Source: Octopus vulgaris
Lineage: Eukaryota
Reading direction: 5' to 3'
Length of the DNA: 64,000 nt
Assembly: GCA_951406725.2 (NCBI GenBank)
Contig: OX597817.1
Coordinates: forward strand, 77,438,001 to 77,502,000
In this document: piece by piece, positions 13,123 through 25,629 of the stretch
Position numbering within the stretch: position 1 is the stretch's first letter
Layout of the letters: each line of letters begins with the position of its first letter
Notes under the pieces: model-generated
The model's input: the letters and a program-made list of their open reading frames with translations, nothing else
Told to the model about the DNA's origin: nothing
The model's database searches: none
Translations under genes and position numbers: made by a program

Positions 13123-13685
13123 TCATATATATATATATATACACCCGAGTATATATATATACACCCGAGTATGGGAAATCCGGGGTACCTATGTTTCATA
13201 GTGAGTGGAACCTCAGAAGTGCTAAAATCCAAGTGAGGTGTATACAACTGGCTGCTCTTCAGGTCAAGGATATATACGTGTATCATCATTGTTTTCATAT
13301 ATATATATGTGTGTAAGAATCTCTCTTACTTACTCTTTTTGTCTCTGTCTATCTGTCTGTCTCTCTCTCTCTCTCCCTCTCTCTCTACACACACACGCAC
13401 ACACAAACACAACACAAGTAAACATACATATGAATGTAAATAGGTGTCAATGTGTATATATTCATGATCATATAAATATTTATGTAATTCTATCATATAT
13501 GTGTGTATAAGTTTGCACACGCATAGACTTGTATGATATATGTGTATCTGCATAAGTTTGTATGTGTGGGTGCCTGTGTGCACATATGTAATAAATATAC
13601 ATGTATGTGTGTGTATGTATGCATATATGTGTGTGTGTGTGCATGTATCTCTCTTTATAAGAGAGTGTGTGTTTATGTGTGTACG

Positions 13686-13736
<51 letters not shown>

Positions 13737-13996
13737 GTATGTGTATATAAGTGTATGAGAGTGTGTATATGTGTCTGTATGTGTATATATAAGCATATGG
13801 GTGTGTGCACGTGTGTATGGATGTATGGGTGTGCATATATGTGCTTATATGAATGTGTGTGTGTATGTGCATGTGTGTATGTATGTAGATATGTGTATAT
13901 AAGCATGTATGTATGTGTGAGAGCATATGGATATGTATGTGTTTATGAGTATATAAGTATGTGTGTGTGCATGTGTGTGTTTTTGTGTGTGTGTAT

Positions 13997-14039
<43 letters not shown>

Positions 14040-14390
14040 TGTGTAGCAGTTTTACACATCTGTTTCTCCATGCCAACAGGAATTAGCTGTTACTACAAAT
14101 TCAGATATCTTGATGTGATCTGTTGCAGCAAGAAAGTTTTTTTCACAGTTGGATGCCCGCCATAATGCTAAGTCAGTCAACCGTGAGAGAGGTGTGGTAT
14201 CAATTTTTCTCCAGCAAATCTCATTTCAGTTATTACTTAACAGCTCTGAGTAATATTATGTGTTGCCCAGAACCAACAATAATACTACACTTCCAGTAAG
14301 AAGTGAAATGAAATAATAGTAATTATATATTATGAAGATTTCTTATTATTCCCAATGCTCAGATAATTTATATGACACTAATGTATATAT

Positions 14391-14552
14391 AGGCAAAGGA
14401 GTGGCTGTGTGGTAAGTAGCTTGTCTACCAACCACATGGTTCCGGGTTCAGTCCCACTTCGTGGCACCTCGGGCAAGTGTCTTCTACTATAGCCTCGGGC
14501 CGACCAAAGCCTTGTGAGTGGATTTGGTAGACGGAAACTGAAAGAAGCCTGT

Positions 14553-14621
<69 letters not shown>

Positions 14622-14836
14622 GTGTGTGTGTATATGTTTGTGTGTCTGCGTTTGTCCCCCCAACATCACTTAACAACCGATGCTGGTGTGTTTACATCCC
14701 CGTAACTTAGTGGAACCGTAAAAGAGACCGCTAGAATAAGTACCAGGCTTACAAAGAATAAGTCCTAGGGTCGATTTGCTCAACTAAAGGTGGTGCTCCA
14801 GCATGGCCACAGTCACATGACTGAAACAAGTAAAAA
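14391..14836 (+). mobile_element. SINE family A, full-length reference copy (octopus tRNA-derived, CORE-like SINE)
   Basis: A box gtggctgtgtgg, B box gggttcagtccc, CORE-like gtggcacctcgggcaagtg, internal (TA)n(TG)n, tail ccagcatggccacagtcacatgactgaaacaagtaaaa. About 20 further full or partial copies are visible in the window. Confidence 0.92.
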
Positions 14837-15083
14837 GTAGTAAAGTATATGTATATATATGTCTATGTGCATATGGGTGAGTTTATGTCATTATGTGTGT
14901 ATACATATATATATATATGTGTGTGTATGTATGTATATGTATATAAGGCTATAGTAGAAGACACGTGCCCAAGGTGTCATGCAATGGGACTAAATCTGGA
15001 ACCATATGGTGGAGAAAGAAGCTTTTTAATATACAGCTACTCTAGCGCCTATATATATATATATAAGCATATATATGTGTGTT

Positions 15084-15156
<73 letters not shown>

Positions 15157-15455
15157 ACGTGTGTATGTCTATGGGTGCAGGCATGACTGTGTAGTAAGAA
15201 GCTTGCTTCTGAACCACATGAAACCTGGTTCAGACCCAGCCTGGCCAAAGACTTATGAATGGATTTCATGGATGGAAACTGACAGAAATCCATCATATAT
15301 ATATAGGTGCAGGAGTGGTTGTACGATAAGAAGTTTGCTTCCCAAATACATGGTTTCAGGTTCAGTCCCATTACGTGGCACCTTGGGATGTGTCTTCAAC
15401 TATAGCCTCGGTCCGACCAAAGCCTAGTAAGTGGATTTGGTAGACGGAAACTGAG

Positions 15456-15496
15456 AATTCCATAAGATAAATTCCATAAGATAAATTCCATAAGAT
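15456..15496. repeat. 14-bp tandem repeat (aattccataagata), about 3 copies
   Basis: Read directly from the sequence. Confidence 0.9.
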
Positions 15497-16545
15497 CACA
15501 GGTGAAAATCTTGCTAGTGAAAGATATGAAAGTGTAGAATGTTCTTAACAGCTGTTTCTAGGGTAGGTGCTTATTAGAAGCAAATATGTGCATTTTTACT
15601 TAAATATACACGAGGTAGAAGTGACATGAGTGACATAGCACATCATCAAAAGATAAACATTTATCTTAAATATATGTGTGTGCGTGTTTGTGTGTCTGTG
15701 TGTATGTGTGTAGCATGTCTGAGTAGATGTGTATGAAAGGTATGCTTGAAAATGCTGATTAAAACTATTTAACATAGCATTGTCACCTCACTGTCTATCA
15801 TATCAAAATTTTTTACAGTCTTAGGGTAGTGTATGAAATAACTAAAGGTAGAGAGAGAGAAAGCACCAGAATAAGCTATAGGTTGAGAGGGAGAGAGAGA
15901 CTACAGTATATTTTACAAAACTTACTTTGATATCCAAGATGCTGAGTTCGAACTACCCATGGTGAAATTTAGTTTTAATTAATCAAAGAGTAAATAAAAT
16001 GCATATCACATGTAATGTGTGTGTGTGTGTGTGTGCATGCGTGTGACTACACACACACATACACATACACTCACACATATATATAGAGAGAGAATGAGAT
16101 TCAATTCTGTTAATTCAAATGTGTACATCTTCAGTGTATAAATGAAATGGGACGTGTGTATATATGTGTGTGTGCATGAATGAATGTGTGTGTGTCTCTA
16201 TACGTATGTGCACGTGGTTTTGTGTGTGCATGCTGCAAGACCAATGTGTGTATGTAAGTATGTGTGTATCTATGTGTGTATTTATGTATGTCTCTATCTA
16301 CTTACACGCACATACGCATATATATATAGATATAACTGTCTCACTCTCCACACACGCACAAACACGCACGCATACACACACACACACACGTGTCTCATCC
16401 CTATTGCCACTTTCAATCCAGCAAGGATCGCTAGCATCCACTTGGATACCTGCATGCTATCTTTGCATGGTTTTAATTACATAGATACTTGTACACGTAC
16501 ACACACATAAACATACAAATAAACAGACACATGCATTCATAAATA

Positions 16546-16598
<53 letters not shown>

Positions 16599-17176
16599 GC
16601 ACGAATACATACATGTATTTTCACGCGTACATACATATTTATTCATTACGTGTATATATATATATAAAGCAACCGGGCAGATTGACAGACATTGTGATCT
16701 GTCTTAAAACACGCATACACATTTGAACTTACACGCAGTCACGCACACACACACACACATACATGCGTTAATACTTGTGCACATATACACACATATAAAG
16801 CATGTATGCAAATCCATATTCATATATTCACACACACACATACACACACACACGCACACACAGAATGCATCAGTGCCAGTAAATGAAGGCAAGTCAACCA
16901 AACAGATGGAGAGGATTGCATGAAACAAGACCATAAGGGTATATGTTGAAATGGCTGCCTACCGAAATAAAGGCGCCAGTATTACGTCTGGTTACTTATC
17001 ATCGCAACAGATCTGCCCCCCACCCCCACCCTGCCATCTTCACCACCGCCCGCCTCCCTCTCCATTTCCTCCTCCTCCTTCTCCTCTCCCTATAGAACAG
17101 CTGGAATAAGTTCTTGGTGGTGGTGGCGGTGGTGGTGATTAGCAATTTCATTACGAGCAACGTCGCTTGTTTCGAT

Positions 17177-17237
<61 letters not shown>

Positions 17238-17296
17238 TTATATATCTCTAAACTGTCACTATATCTATCTGTCAGTCTGTCTGTTTGATTGTCTCC

Positions 17297-17380
<84 letters not shown>

Positions 17381-17434
17381 TTAATGCTTTTCTGATTCTT
17401 AGAAAATTTGTTTAGGGATTTACTTGTGGACAGT

Positions 17435-17950
17435 GCTTATTGTTCTGGCAGTAGTAATGGTGATGTCATTAGTAGTGGTTGTGGTGATAGTGACAGTAGT
17501 AGCAGTGGTGTAGTAGTAGTGGTAGTAGCAGTAGTAGCAGCAACAGTAGTAGTAGTAGTAGTAGTAGTGGTTGTGGTGGTGGTGGTGGTGGTGGTGGTCC
17601 TGGTAGGGATGGTGGTATGTATTGGTAGTAGCACTGTTGGTGTTAGTGGTGATGGCAATGGTGCTGGTGATGGTGGCAGAGGTGGCGCTAGTAGTAGTGG
17701 TAGTAGTAGTGGTTGTGGTGGTCGTAGTAGTGGTCCTGATGGGGATGGCAGTAGTAGTAGATGTAATAGCAGTGTTGGTGATGGTTTTAGTAGCAGTAGT
17801 GTTGTTGTTGGTGGTGATGGTGGTGATGGTGGTAGTGGTGGCAGCAGTGGTGGTGATGCCTGTAGCAGGTTATGTTATAGTGTTTGTGTGATGGTAGCCT
17901 TAGTGGTGATTGTGGTTCCGATGGAGGCGATAGTAGTGGTGGCAGTAGTA
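17435..17950. repeat. Cryptic (GGT/AGT)n trinucleotide tract
   Basis: Visible low-complexity tract. Confidence 0.95.
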
Positions 17951-18369
17951 AGGGTGAGATCAAAAGTTGGGGTGGGGAAAATTTTGTTCCATTTAAATTC
18001 AAAGGAATGTTGGGGAATTATTGGTTAATGCCAGACTGGCGCAGATTGCCAAAGTGGACTAGGCTGATAAGGACAGGAACAGTTAGGTCCTGGCTTTTTA
18101 CCAGGCCGTTCCTTACTATTTCAAAGGACACTGGTAGAAGCCGAATAAAAGACTAGTAAAGTAGAAACAGGGGGAGATAAACAGGGTGGATGTTGGTTGG
18201 ATGGATGGATGGATGGGTGGATATGTGGGTGGAGCAGGGGGTACATAGAGTGTGGAAAGGAAAAGATTAATAGATGAAATGATAAAGAATGATGAAAAGC
18301 TTAAAATTAGGGATGGTATTATGAAAAAATATAAGTGGGGAGTACATAGATTGACTGAGAGTGGTAGGG

Positions 18370-18410
<41 letters not shown>

Positions 18411-18790
18411 CATCATCATCATCGTTTAACGTCCGTTTTCCATGCTAGCATGGGTTGGACGGTTCGACTGGGGTCTGGAAAGCCAGGAGGCTGCATCAGG
18501 CTCCAGTCTGATCTGGCAGTGTTTCTACAGCTGGATGCCCTTCCTAACGCCAACCACTCCGAGAGTGTAGTGGGTGCTTTTTACATGCCACCGGCACAGG
18601 TGCCAGGGGGGCTGGCATTGGCCACGTTCAGATGGTGCTTTTTACTTGCCACCGGCACAGGTATCACAACTACAATTTCCATTTGACTTTTTGATGTTGA
18701 TGTACTTGACTCAATAGGTCTCCTCAAGCACAGCAAGTCGCCCTATGATCCAAGGTAAGCACAACAGGCTGTCCTGCGATCCAAGGTACT
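18411..18790 (-). mobile_element. SINE with RTE-type 3' tail ending in (GAT)n
   Basis: catcatcatcatcgtttaacgtccgttttccatgc...ggatgcccttcctaacgccaacc. An older plus-strand copy is at about 12480-12690. Confidence 0.75.
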
Positions 18791-18804
18791 ATATATATAT
18801 ATAT

Positions 18805-19217
18805 ATCAAAATAAGCAACAAGGATATCCAGAGTTAATGCGGTACGATCGTTTAATGTGACTCCCATTTCATTGAACAATGAGTTACAACTATGATGCTG
18901 TTGGTAAAACTTGTTCTTTGACTACCTCCTTATCCTCTTGGAGATTTTAGGTAAAATTATACTAATGTGTCCTTCTAATTTAATTAAATTCTATGTCTTT
19001 GTGCAGCTGAAGATTGCTCTACATTTTAGATTGATGTAATGAAATGATTGCATTGTTCAATTAAATAGAGTCGCATGAAACGATCATACTGCATTACCTC
19101 TGGATATCTTCGTTGCTTATTTTGATCTTAATCACCTTATTTTGAAATTATATGGATAATACTGTATTAAATTCTGGTGCCTCAACTTAAGTACCATACT
19201 CATCTGAATCTAAATTA
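18805..19217 (+). mobile_element. Penelope-like pLTR fragment with inverted 5' segment and degenerate hammerhead, inserted in (TA)n
   Basis: Inverted arms 18805-18881 and 19051-19126; gtgcag-CTGAAGA...GAAA..ttgcat at 19001-19053; flanked by TA repeats. Confidence 0.6.
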
Positions 19218-19244
19218 TATATATATATATATATTCTTTTTAAA

Positions 19245-19731
19245 TGGATGGAGGAAAAGTGTGCACCGTGATTATTTGAACTTTGAAAGAGTGAGAATGA
19301 AATATAAGAAGATCAAGAGAAGGCTTAGAAAGAATGAATCTGTGGAAAATGATGGAGTGTTGCTTTGTATGTCTGTGATTTGTGGGAGAAAATGTTTGAG
19401 TTGTGCAGACCTAATCAGCCACCAAACAACTTGCAGAAATCAAACCATTGCAAATTGTGATATGGCTATTGTTCACAACAGAACACTGCAACCTGTGGAT
19501 AGGTGTAACTTTTTAAGTTGGGAATTGAAAAAGCACATCACAAGAGTTCATACTATGGCACCTGTTCCTTCTGCCAGCCAGCACAGCTGCACATTATGCA
19601 ATAGAATGTGCAGATCTTTCACTGGGGTGAAGAGTCATACAAGGGCCTCACATTGCATCATCAATGACTCATTTCAATGGTTCTTTCTAGCAATGGCTTT
19701 GCTTGTGTATGAAAAGGCAGCAACTATATAA
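19245..19731 (+). mobile_element. 3' end of an RTE-type LINE ORF with C-terminal C2H2 zinc fingers, 5'-truncated
   Basis: WRKSVH..LNFER...KIKRRLRK followed by C..ICGRKCLS..LISHQ..C and CTLCNRMCRSFTGVKSHTRASH, the usual post-RT tail of RTE-clade LINEs. No upstream RT is present. Confidence 0.75.
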
Positions 19732-19966
19732 ATTTGAACTATGTATGTGTGTGTGTCTGTGTCTGTGTTTGTCCCCCAACATCACTTGACAACCTATGCT
19801 GGTGTGTTTACATCCCCGTAACTTAGCAGTTCAGCAAAAGAAACTGATAGAATAAGTACTAGGCTTACAGAGAATAAGTCCTAGGGTAGATTTCTTTGGC
19901 TAAAGGCGATGCTCCAGCATGGCCACAGTCAAATGATTGAAACAAGTAAAAGAGTAAAAGAGTAGA

Positions 19967-20002
<36 letters not shown>

Positions 20003-20008
20003 GTATGT

Positions 20009-20042
<34 letters not shown>

Positions 20043-20321
20043 CAATAAAGATACAGTGATAGTAAAAGAGAGGGGAGTGAGGGATGGAGGCAGAGGAAGA
20101 AGCAGAATGTAATGGGTGAAATGAGAATAAGTATATTAACAGCTGATTGATATGCAAATACACTAATACACACACAGATGCACACACACATGTATCCAGA
20201 ATAAGTACTAGGCTTACAAAGAATAAGTCCTGAGGTTGATTTGTTCGACTAAAGGCAGTGCTACAGCATGGCCACAGTCAAATGACTGAAACAAATGAAA
20301 GAATAAAAGAATATATACAAA

Positions 20322-20372
<51 letters not shown>

Positions 20373-20634
20373 GTAAAATTTGTGGCCACTTTAACATGGC
20401 TGTCCATTCAAACGGATTCTACTGCAATTTTTTAACCCTAAGAGGACATCTCTAACTGGTTAACGATGCACAGCTACATCCAATAAATTTCAAGCAATAT
20501 GTGTGTGTGTGTGTGTGTGTGTATGTGTTTGTGTGTGTGTTTATTCATCTTTGTGTTTGTTTCTTCAACATAGTCTGTTTTGTATCTCTTGTAACTCAGC
20601 AATCTGGATAAATGGGACCACTAGATTAAAGTAC

Positions 20635-20949
20635 GGAGGTGCAATGGACCAGTGGTTAGGACAGTGGACTTGCGGTAGGAGGATCGCAGATTCAATTCCC
20701 AGACCGGGCATTGTGTGTGTTTATTGAGCGAAAACACCTAAAAGTTCCATGAGGCTCCGGCAAGGGGTGGTGATGACCCCTGTTGTACTCTTTCGCTCCC
20801 AACCTTCTCTCACTCTCTCTTCCTGTTTCTTGAGCAACGCTGCAACGGACTGGCGCCCTGTCCAGCTGGGGGGAACACATACGCCATAGAAACCGGGAAA
20901 CTGGGCCCATGATCCTGGCTAGGCTTGAAAAGGGTGCATGAATAAAATA
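20635..20949 (+). mobile_element. SINE family B with 12-bp target-site duplication
   Basis: tRNA-like head; tail ...tccagctggggggaacacatacgcc...ggctaggc...aataaaataa; flanked by agattaaagtac (20623-20634) and agattaaggtac (20950-20961). Confidence 0.92.
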
Positions 20950-21532
20950 AGATTAAGGTACCAGCTTAAAAAAAGTACTGTGGACAATTTGTTTCATTAA
21001 AGCACCTGAAACTGTGCTTCAAGATTGCCATAGTACGACAGAAGCAAGTAAGAGAATAACTGAATACAAGAATGAAAGAATCTACATTTACTAACAGTGC
21101 TAATAAGGTAATAAATAATAACTTCACCCTGTCTTACACCTCTTTACTTGTAAATATATGGTAACATCTATGATCTTCCCTGTTACTGCCAGCCTTCTAA
21201 TTATCAAACCGTGCACACCTACACACATACTCTTATCTGCCCCACCTACTAATGAAAAAAACAGCAAGAAGAGACTACTTAGACTTTTTCTTGCTCTACT
21301 CCTGCCCCATAAACATCCGCTATATACATACATATATACATACATGCATACACACACACACACACACACACACATACACACACACACACACAAATATATA
21401 CAGCCTTGAATTTTTTTATCACATTCTGAAAAAATATTTATATATATATAAATACACACACACACACACACATGTATATAAATACATACATACATACTTG
21501 CAAATATATATATATATATATATATAGACATA

Positions 21533-21899
21533 TCTCTCTCTATATATATATATACGGCAAAATGTCTGTGTGTGTGTCCTTTATACAAATCCACAATTTT
21601 TGGGTTAGAGGGCTCGCACTTTCTATGGTCATTCAAAACCACCCAAGGATGGTCGTGCACATATTTACGTTTCCCCAGTCACCCCACAAAGCCATTAAAA
21701 AGTCAATAGAAGTGACTTTTTTTGGGAATTTTCTATCCAAAACCCAATCAAAATGCCCAAAACTTGATACGCCAATTGAATGCCAGCTAGCTGTACGTGA
21801 TTGGTCGGTGATTTGGACAGTATTCACGTGTATGTGCGCGCGCAGCTGTATATGCATGCACTAGCACTATGACCCAGCGTTGCCGGGTCATAGTGCTGG
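21533..21899 (+). mobile_element. Non-autonomous Helitron
   Basis: A|TC start followed by TA/TG repeats, 3' GC-rich hairpin, CTGG|T end (CTRR), no TSD. Confidence 0.75.
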
Positions 21900-22355
21900 T
21901 AGCCTTACACACTAGAAGGAACAGTCAAAACATATGTGTGTGTGTGCATGTATGCATGATGGCTGCAACTCGATTTTGAGTTACTCCGTCATAGCTTGAT
22001 TGTTCTCTTAAGCATGTATGGCATGAACCTGGCTTTTGAATCCTGTTCAAGATTTACGCTCTTTTTCCAATGATGGGTGCCTCTTGCAGCAGGTGTTACC
22101 GTAATAAAACACAGTAAATATATATACACATTGTACTTCATACATCTGTTCATAAGATCTGTTTTGTATCTCTTGTAACTCAGCTATCTGGATAAAAGGG
22201 ACCAGTAGAATTAAAGTACCAGCTTTAAAAAAAGTACTGAGGACCATTTGCTTCATTAACGCCTCCAAAACTGTGACTCAGGATTGCCTGACACTAACTG
22301 AATAAAAGAATAACTGAATACAAGAATGAAAGAATCCACATATACTCACACACAT

Positions 22356-22397
<42 letters not shown>

Positions 22398-22524
22398 GCA
22401 CACACATGCAGTCATAGAGTTATACACAGAAAAAGATGTCTGTTTTATTATTTCTGTTTTTCTACAGAATGTAGGTAGGCAGATGGCTAAGTATGTAGGG
22501 AAAAAAGGTAAGATGTTTAACATA

Positions 22525-22555
<31 letters not shown>

Positions 22556-23847
22556 GAGGGTGAAGGGTGTACGAAAAGATGAATGTACTTCATACCTTTA
22601 ATCATTGCACCCTGCAGTTGAAGAGGTGGGTTGCAATTTCTTTGACATTTCTACCAAAACTTATGTCACTTCTATCCATAGACTGAAGGATATGTATGCG
22701 TGAGCGTATATGTGTGTCATGTGTGTGTGTGTGTGTGTGTGTGTGTTTCATGTGTGTGTGCTTCTATGTAATGGAGTGTGCACTGTGCATAAGCATGTAA
22801 GTGCATATGTGTTTACAAGACATGAATGTAAGTGCATAAGACAAATTTATGAATGTCAATATTATTATCTTGCCCTATATACATAAATATGTGTGTGTGT
22901 GTGTGTGTGGATAATAGTTGTGCATATAAATGTAAATATAAATATTAAATATATATAAAAATAAATAGATATGAATATGCTTATATGTACACACACACAC
23001 ACACACATATCAGAAAGAACACAACCCTAGGAATATCTGTGTAGTGCAGCACCCCCCCACCCTGTTTGTTTACTTACATTTATATGTACATAGATATTTC
23101 CAAGGTTGTGTTCTTTCTGTTCAACCCTTGATATATCTGTATATATAAAACTCAACTTGTGTGTCTGTGTGTGTATTTGTGTGTGTGTCTGTGTGTTTAA
23201 CTTTCTGGCACATCTCCTCCTAGCCAACAGATCGTAGAACCACAAAAAATGGGTCACTTAAAGTTTAGGCGAATGAAAATTGAACTGTGCTATTTCTGTT
23301 CCGAAATTCATCTCGTAAGTGCAAAAATCGATAATGTGTTTGTTTAGGCCTTATCCCATGCATTGAATAGTGAACTTTACTCAGTCAGCTGTTTGACATG
23401 AACTGTGTTCACCTCGCGTGCAAGCATGCGTAAATTGCATGAAAAATAAAAAAATCAAGATATAAAAACGAATTGCCGTAAACATTGTAGAAATTCGGCA
23501 AAGAAATGAATTTTCGGGATGTAGCCTGGAGGGTTTTTTCATATTAATCATTTGGACTTTGTGAACCAATTGTTTTCATAACATTTTTAACGCTTTGAAT
23601 TAAATGTAACCATTTTGAGTTGAGTCTGCAGTTTGAACCACTTTAACCAAATTTTAGCAACTATCTGCTAGGATCTTTCTTTAAAAAGTAGCTCTTGTGA
23701 TCCCTGCACTCTTTGTTCCCAAGCCTATGTTCATTGGCTATTAGATCCCCTAACCAATGTACTGTCTGAATCCTCTACTTGCTGTAAGTAGTTGAATATT
23801 CCATAGAGACTTGTGTATAGTTTACTTAAACACTTCACAAGCTATGT

Positions 23848-24105
23848 GGAGGCACATAGCTTAGTGGCTAAGGTGTCAGACTCATGATTATAAGATTGCG
23901 GTTTTGATTCCTGGACTGGGCAACACGTATTCTTGAGCAAAACACTTCATTTCATGTTGCTCCATTCCACTCAGCTGGCAAAAATGAGTAATCTTGCGAT
24001 GGACCAGCATCCCATCCAGTTAGGTGGGTAATATTTATGCCATGGAAGCTGGGAACCCAGCCCTTATGAGTCAGTATGACTCAACAAAGAAACTTTACCT
24101 TACCT
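23848..24105 (+). mobile_element. SINE family E head with a family B-type tail, decayed
   Basis: ggaggcacatagcttagtgg...ttcttgagcaaaacacttcatttc...gcgatggaccagcatcccatccag. Confidence 0.8.
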
Positions 24106-24617
24106 TTAGCTTATTGCTTCCTATGGAGCATAAGGCCATTGACAACAAAAATACCTCTCAATGATTTTGAAATTTTTGAGAGTTCCTCTACCCACCCATC
24201 TCCATCACTGGCCTTCAAAATTGTTTGTTTTTTTTCCAGATTTTCTTAGATTTTTTTCTTTTTTTTTGGAGACCCTAATCATGGTGGAAACTGATGAGGA
24301 GTTAATTTTCAACTATATGTGTATAAGTGTGGGTGCTTTAAAGTGTATATGTGTGGCTTAGTGACCGATTAGTGCAAGTGATTGTGTGTGGGAATAGATG
24401 TACGTGTGTGTGTGTGTGTGTGAATATGCGTGCGAGTGTGGATATATGTGTGTGTGACTTAATGATTGTGTTTGATGCATGAGTTTATGTGAATGCATAT
24501 GGATGTGTGAATTTGTGTTTGACTAAACGACTGTGTTTGTGTAAGTGTTTGTATGGTGAGATTGTGTGTTGAAACACATAAGTTAATGAGGGCATGTGTT
24601 TGAATGTTTACCTATGA

Positions 24618-24655
<38 letters not shown>

Positions 24656-24965
24656 TTTTTATCTTTCCTTTTATCTAAGATTTTGTTAATGTTTCACTAG
24701 TTTCAGTCATGTCAATGAACTGTGGCTACACTGGGGCACTGCCTTGAAGGGGTTTAATCAAACATATCATCACTGTTACTCATCTTTTTAAAACCAGATA
24801 ACCATTCTATCAGTCTCTTTTTGCCAAACTACTAAGTTATGGAGATATAAACATACCTACACTGATTGTCATGGAATGGTGAGGACAAACACAAAGATAC
24901 ACATGCCCTCACACACACACACACACACACATACATACATACATACATGCATGCATGCATACATG

Positions 24966-24999
<34 letters not shown>

Positions 25000-25109
25000 C
25001 ATACATACATACATACACAGTAATCCCTTGACTATCATGGGTGAAAATCCATGAAGTAGAAACATTAGGAGTGGCTGTGTGGTAAGTGGCTTGCTTACCA
25101 ACCACATCA

Positions 25110-25330
25110 TGATCATAAGATTATGGTTTTGATTCCTGGACTGGGCGATGCGTTGTGTTCTTGAGCAAAACACTTCATTTCACGTTGCTCCAGTCCACCC
25201 AGTTGGCAAAAATGAGTAACGCTGCGATGAACTGGCATCCCATCCAGCTGGGGAACACATACGCCATTGAAACCGGGAAACCGGGCCCATGAGCCTGGCT
25301 AGGCTTTAGAAGGGTGCATTTTATTTATTT
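25110..25330 (+). mobile_element. SINE family E head with a family B tail
   Basis: gttcttgagcaaaacacttcatttcacgttgctccag joined to tccagctggggaacacatacgccattgaaaccgggaaaccgggcccatgagcctggctaggc. Confidence 0.85.
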
Positions 25331-25391
25331 TTTTATAAGCACATGGGATTCCACATAATTTCCTTCTATCAAATTTACTCACAAGATTATG

Positions 25392-25629
25392 TTAACCCTT
25401 TTGAATTCAAATTTTTCTGTTAAGTATAATGCTTATTTATTCCTTCTTTTTGAATTATTCATGTATTATCTTGTAGCCTTGAGATTTCAATGGAGTGATT
25501 GCTTACTTTTAGTATGACATTGTATGATAGCAATTAGAAACTGGATTTGGCCAGTTTGAACATTAAAAAAAAGGTAGAATATTTTGGCTGGATATGGCTA
25601 TATGGCTGGTTTAAATGCTAAGGGGTTAA
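25392..25629. mobile_element. piggyBac-like MITE (TTAA-CCC...GGG-TTAA), uninterrupted
   Basis: ttaaccctttt...aatgctaaggggttaa; body homologous to 2576-2762. Confidence 0.8.

Noticed and set aside
14378-14705. Recurrent peptides such as RLPNPLTRLWSARGYSRRHLP and [11 protein letters not shown]
   Set aside because: They are translations of SINE family A, not a protein family.
18055-18075. miR-184-like sequence tggactaggctgataaggac
   Set aside because: The seed differs and there is no convincing precursor hairpin.
19177-19731. Host C2H2 zinc-finger gene
   Set aside because: No TGEKP linkers, the upstream WR..V..FE..R motif is typical of LINE C-termini, and the ORF start lies in a different repeat.
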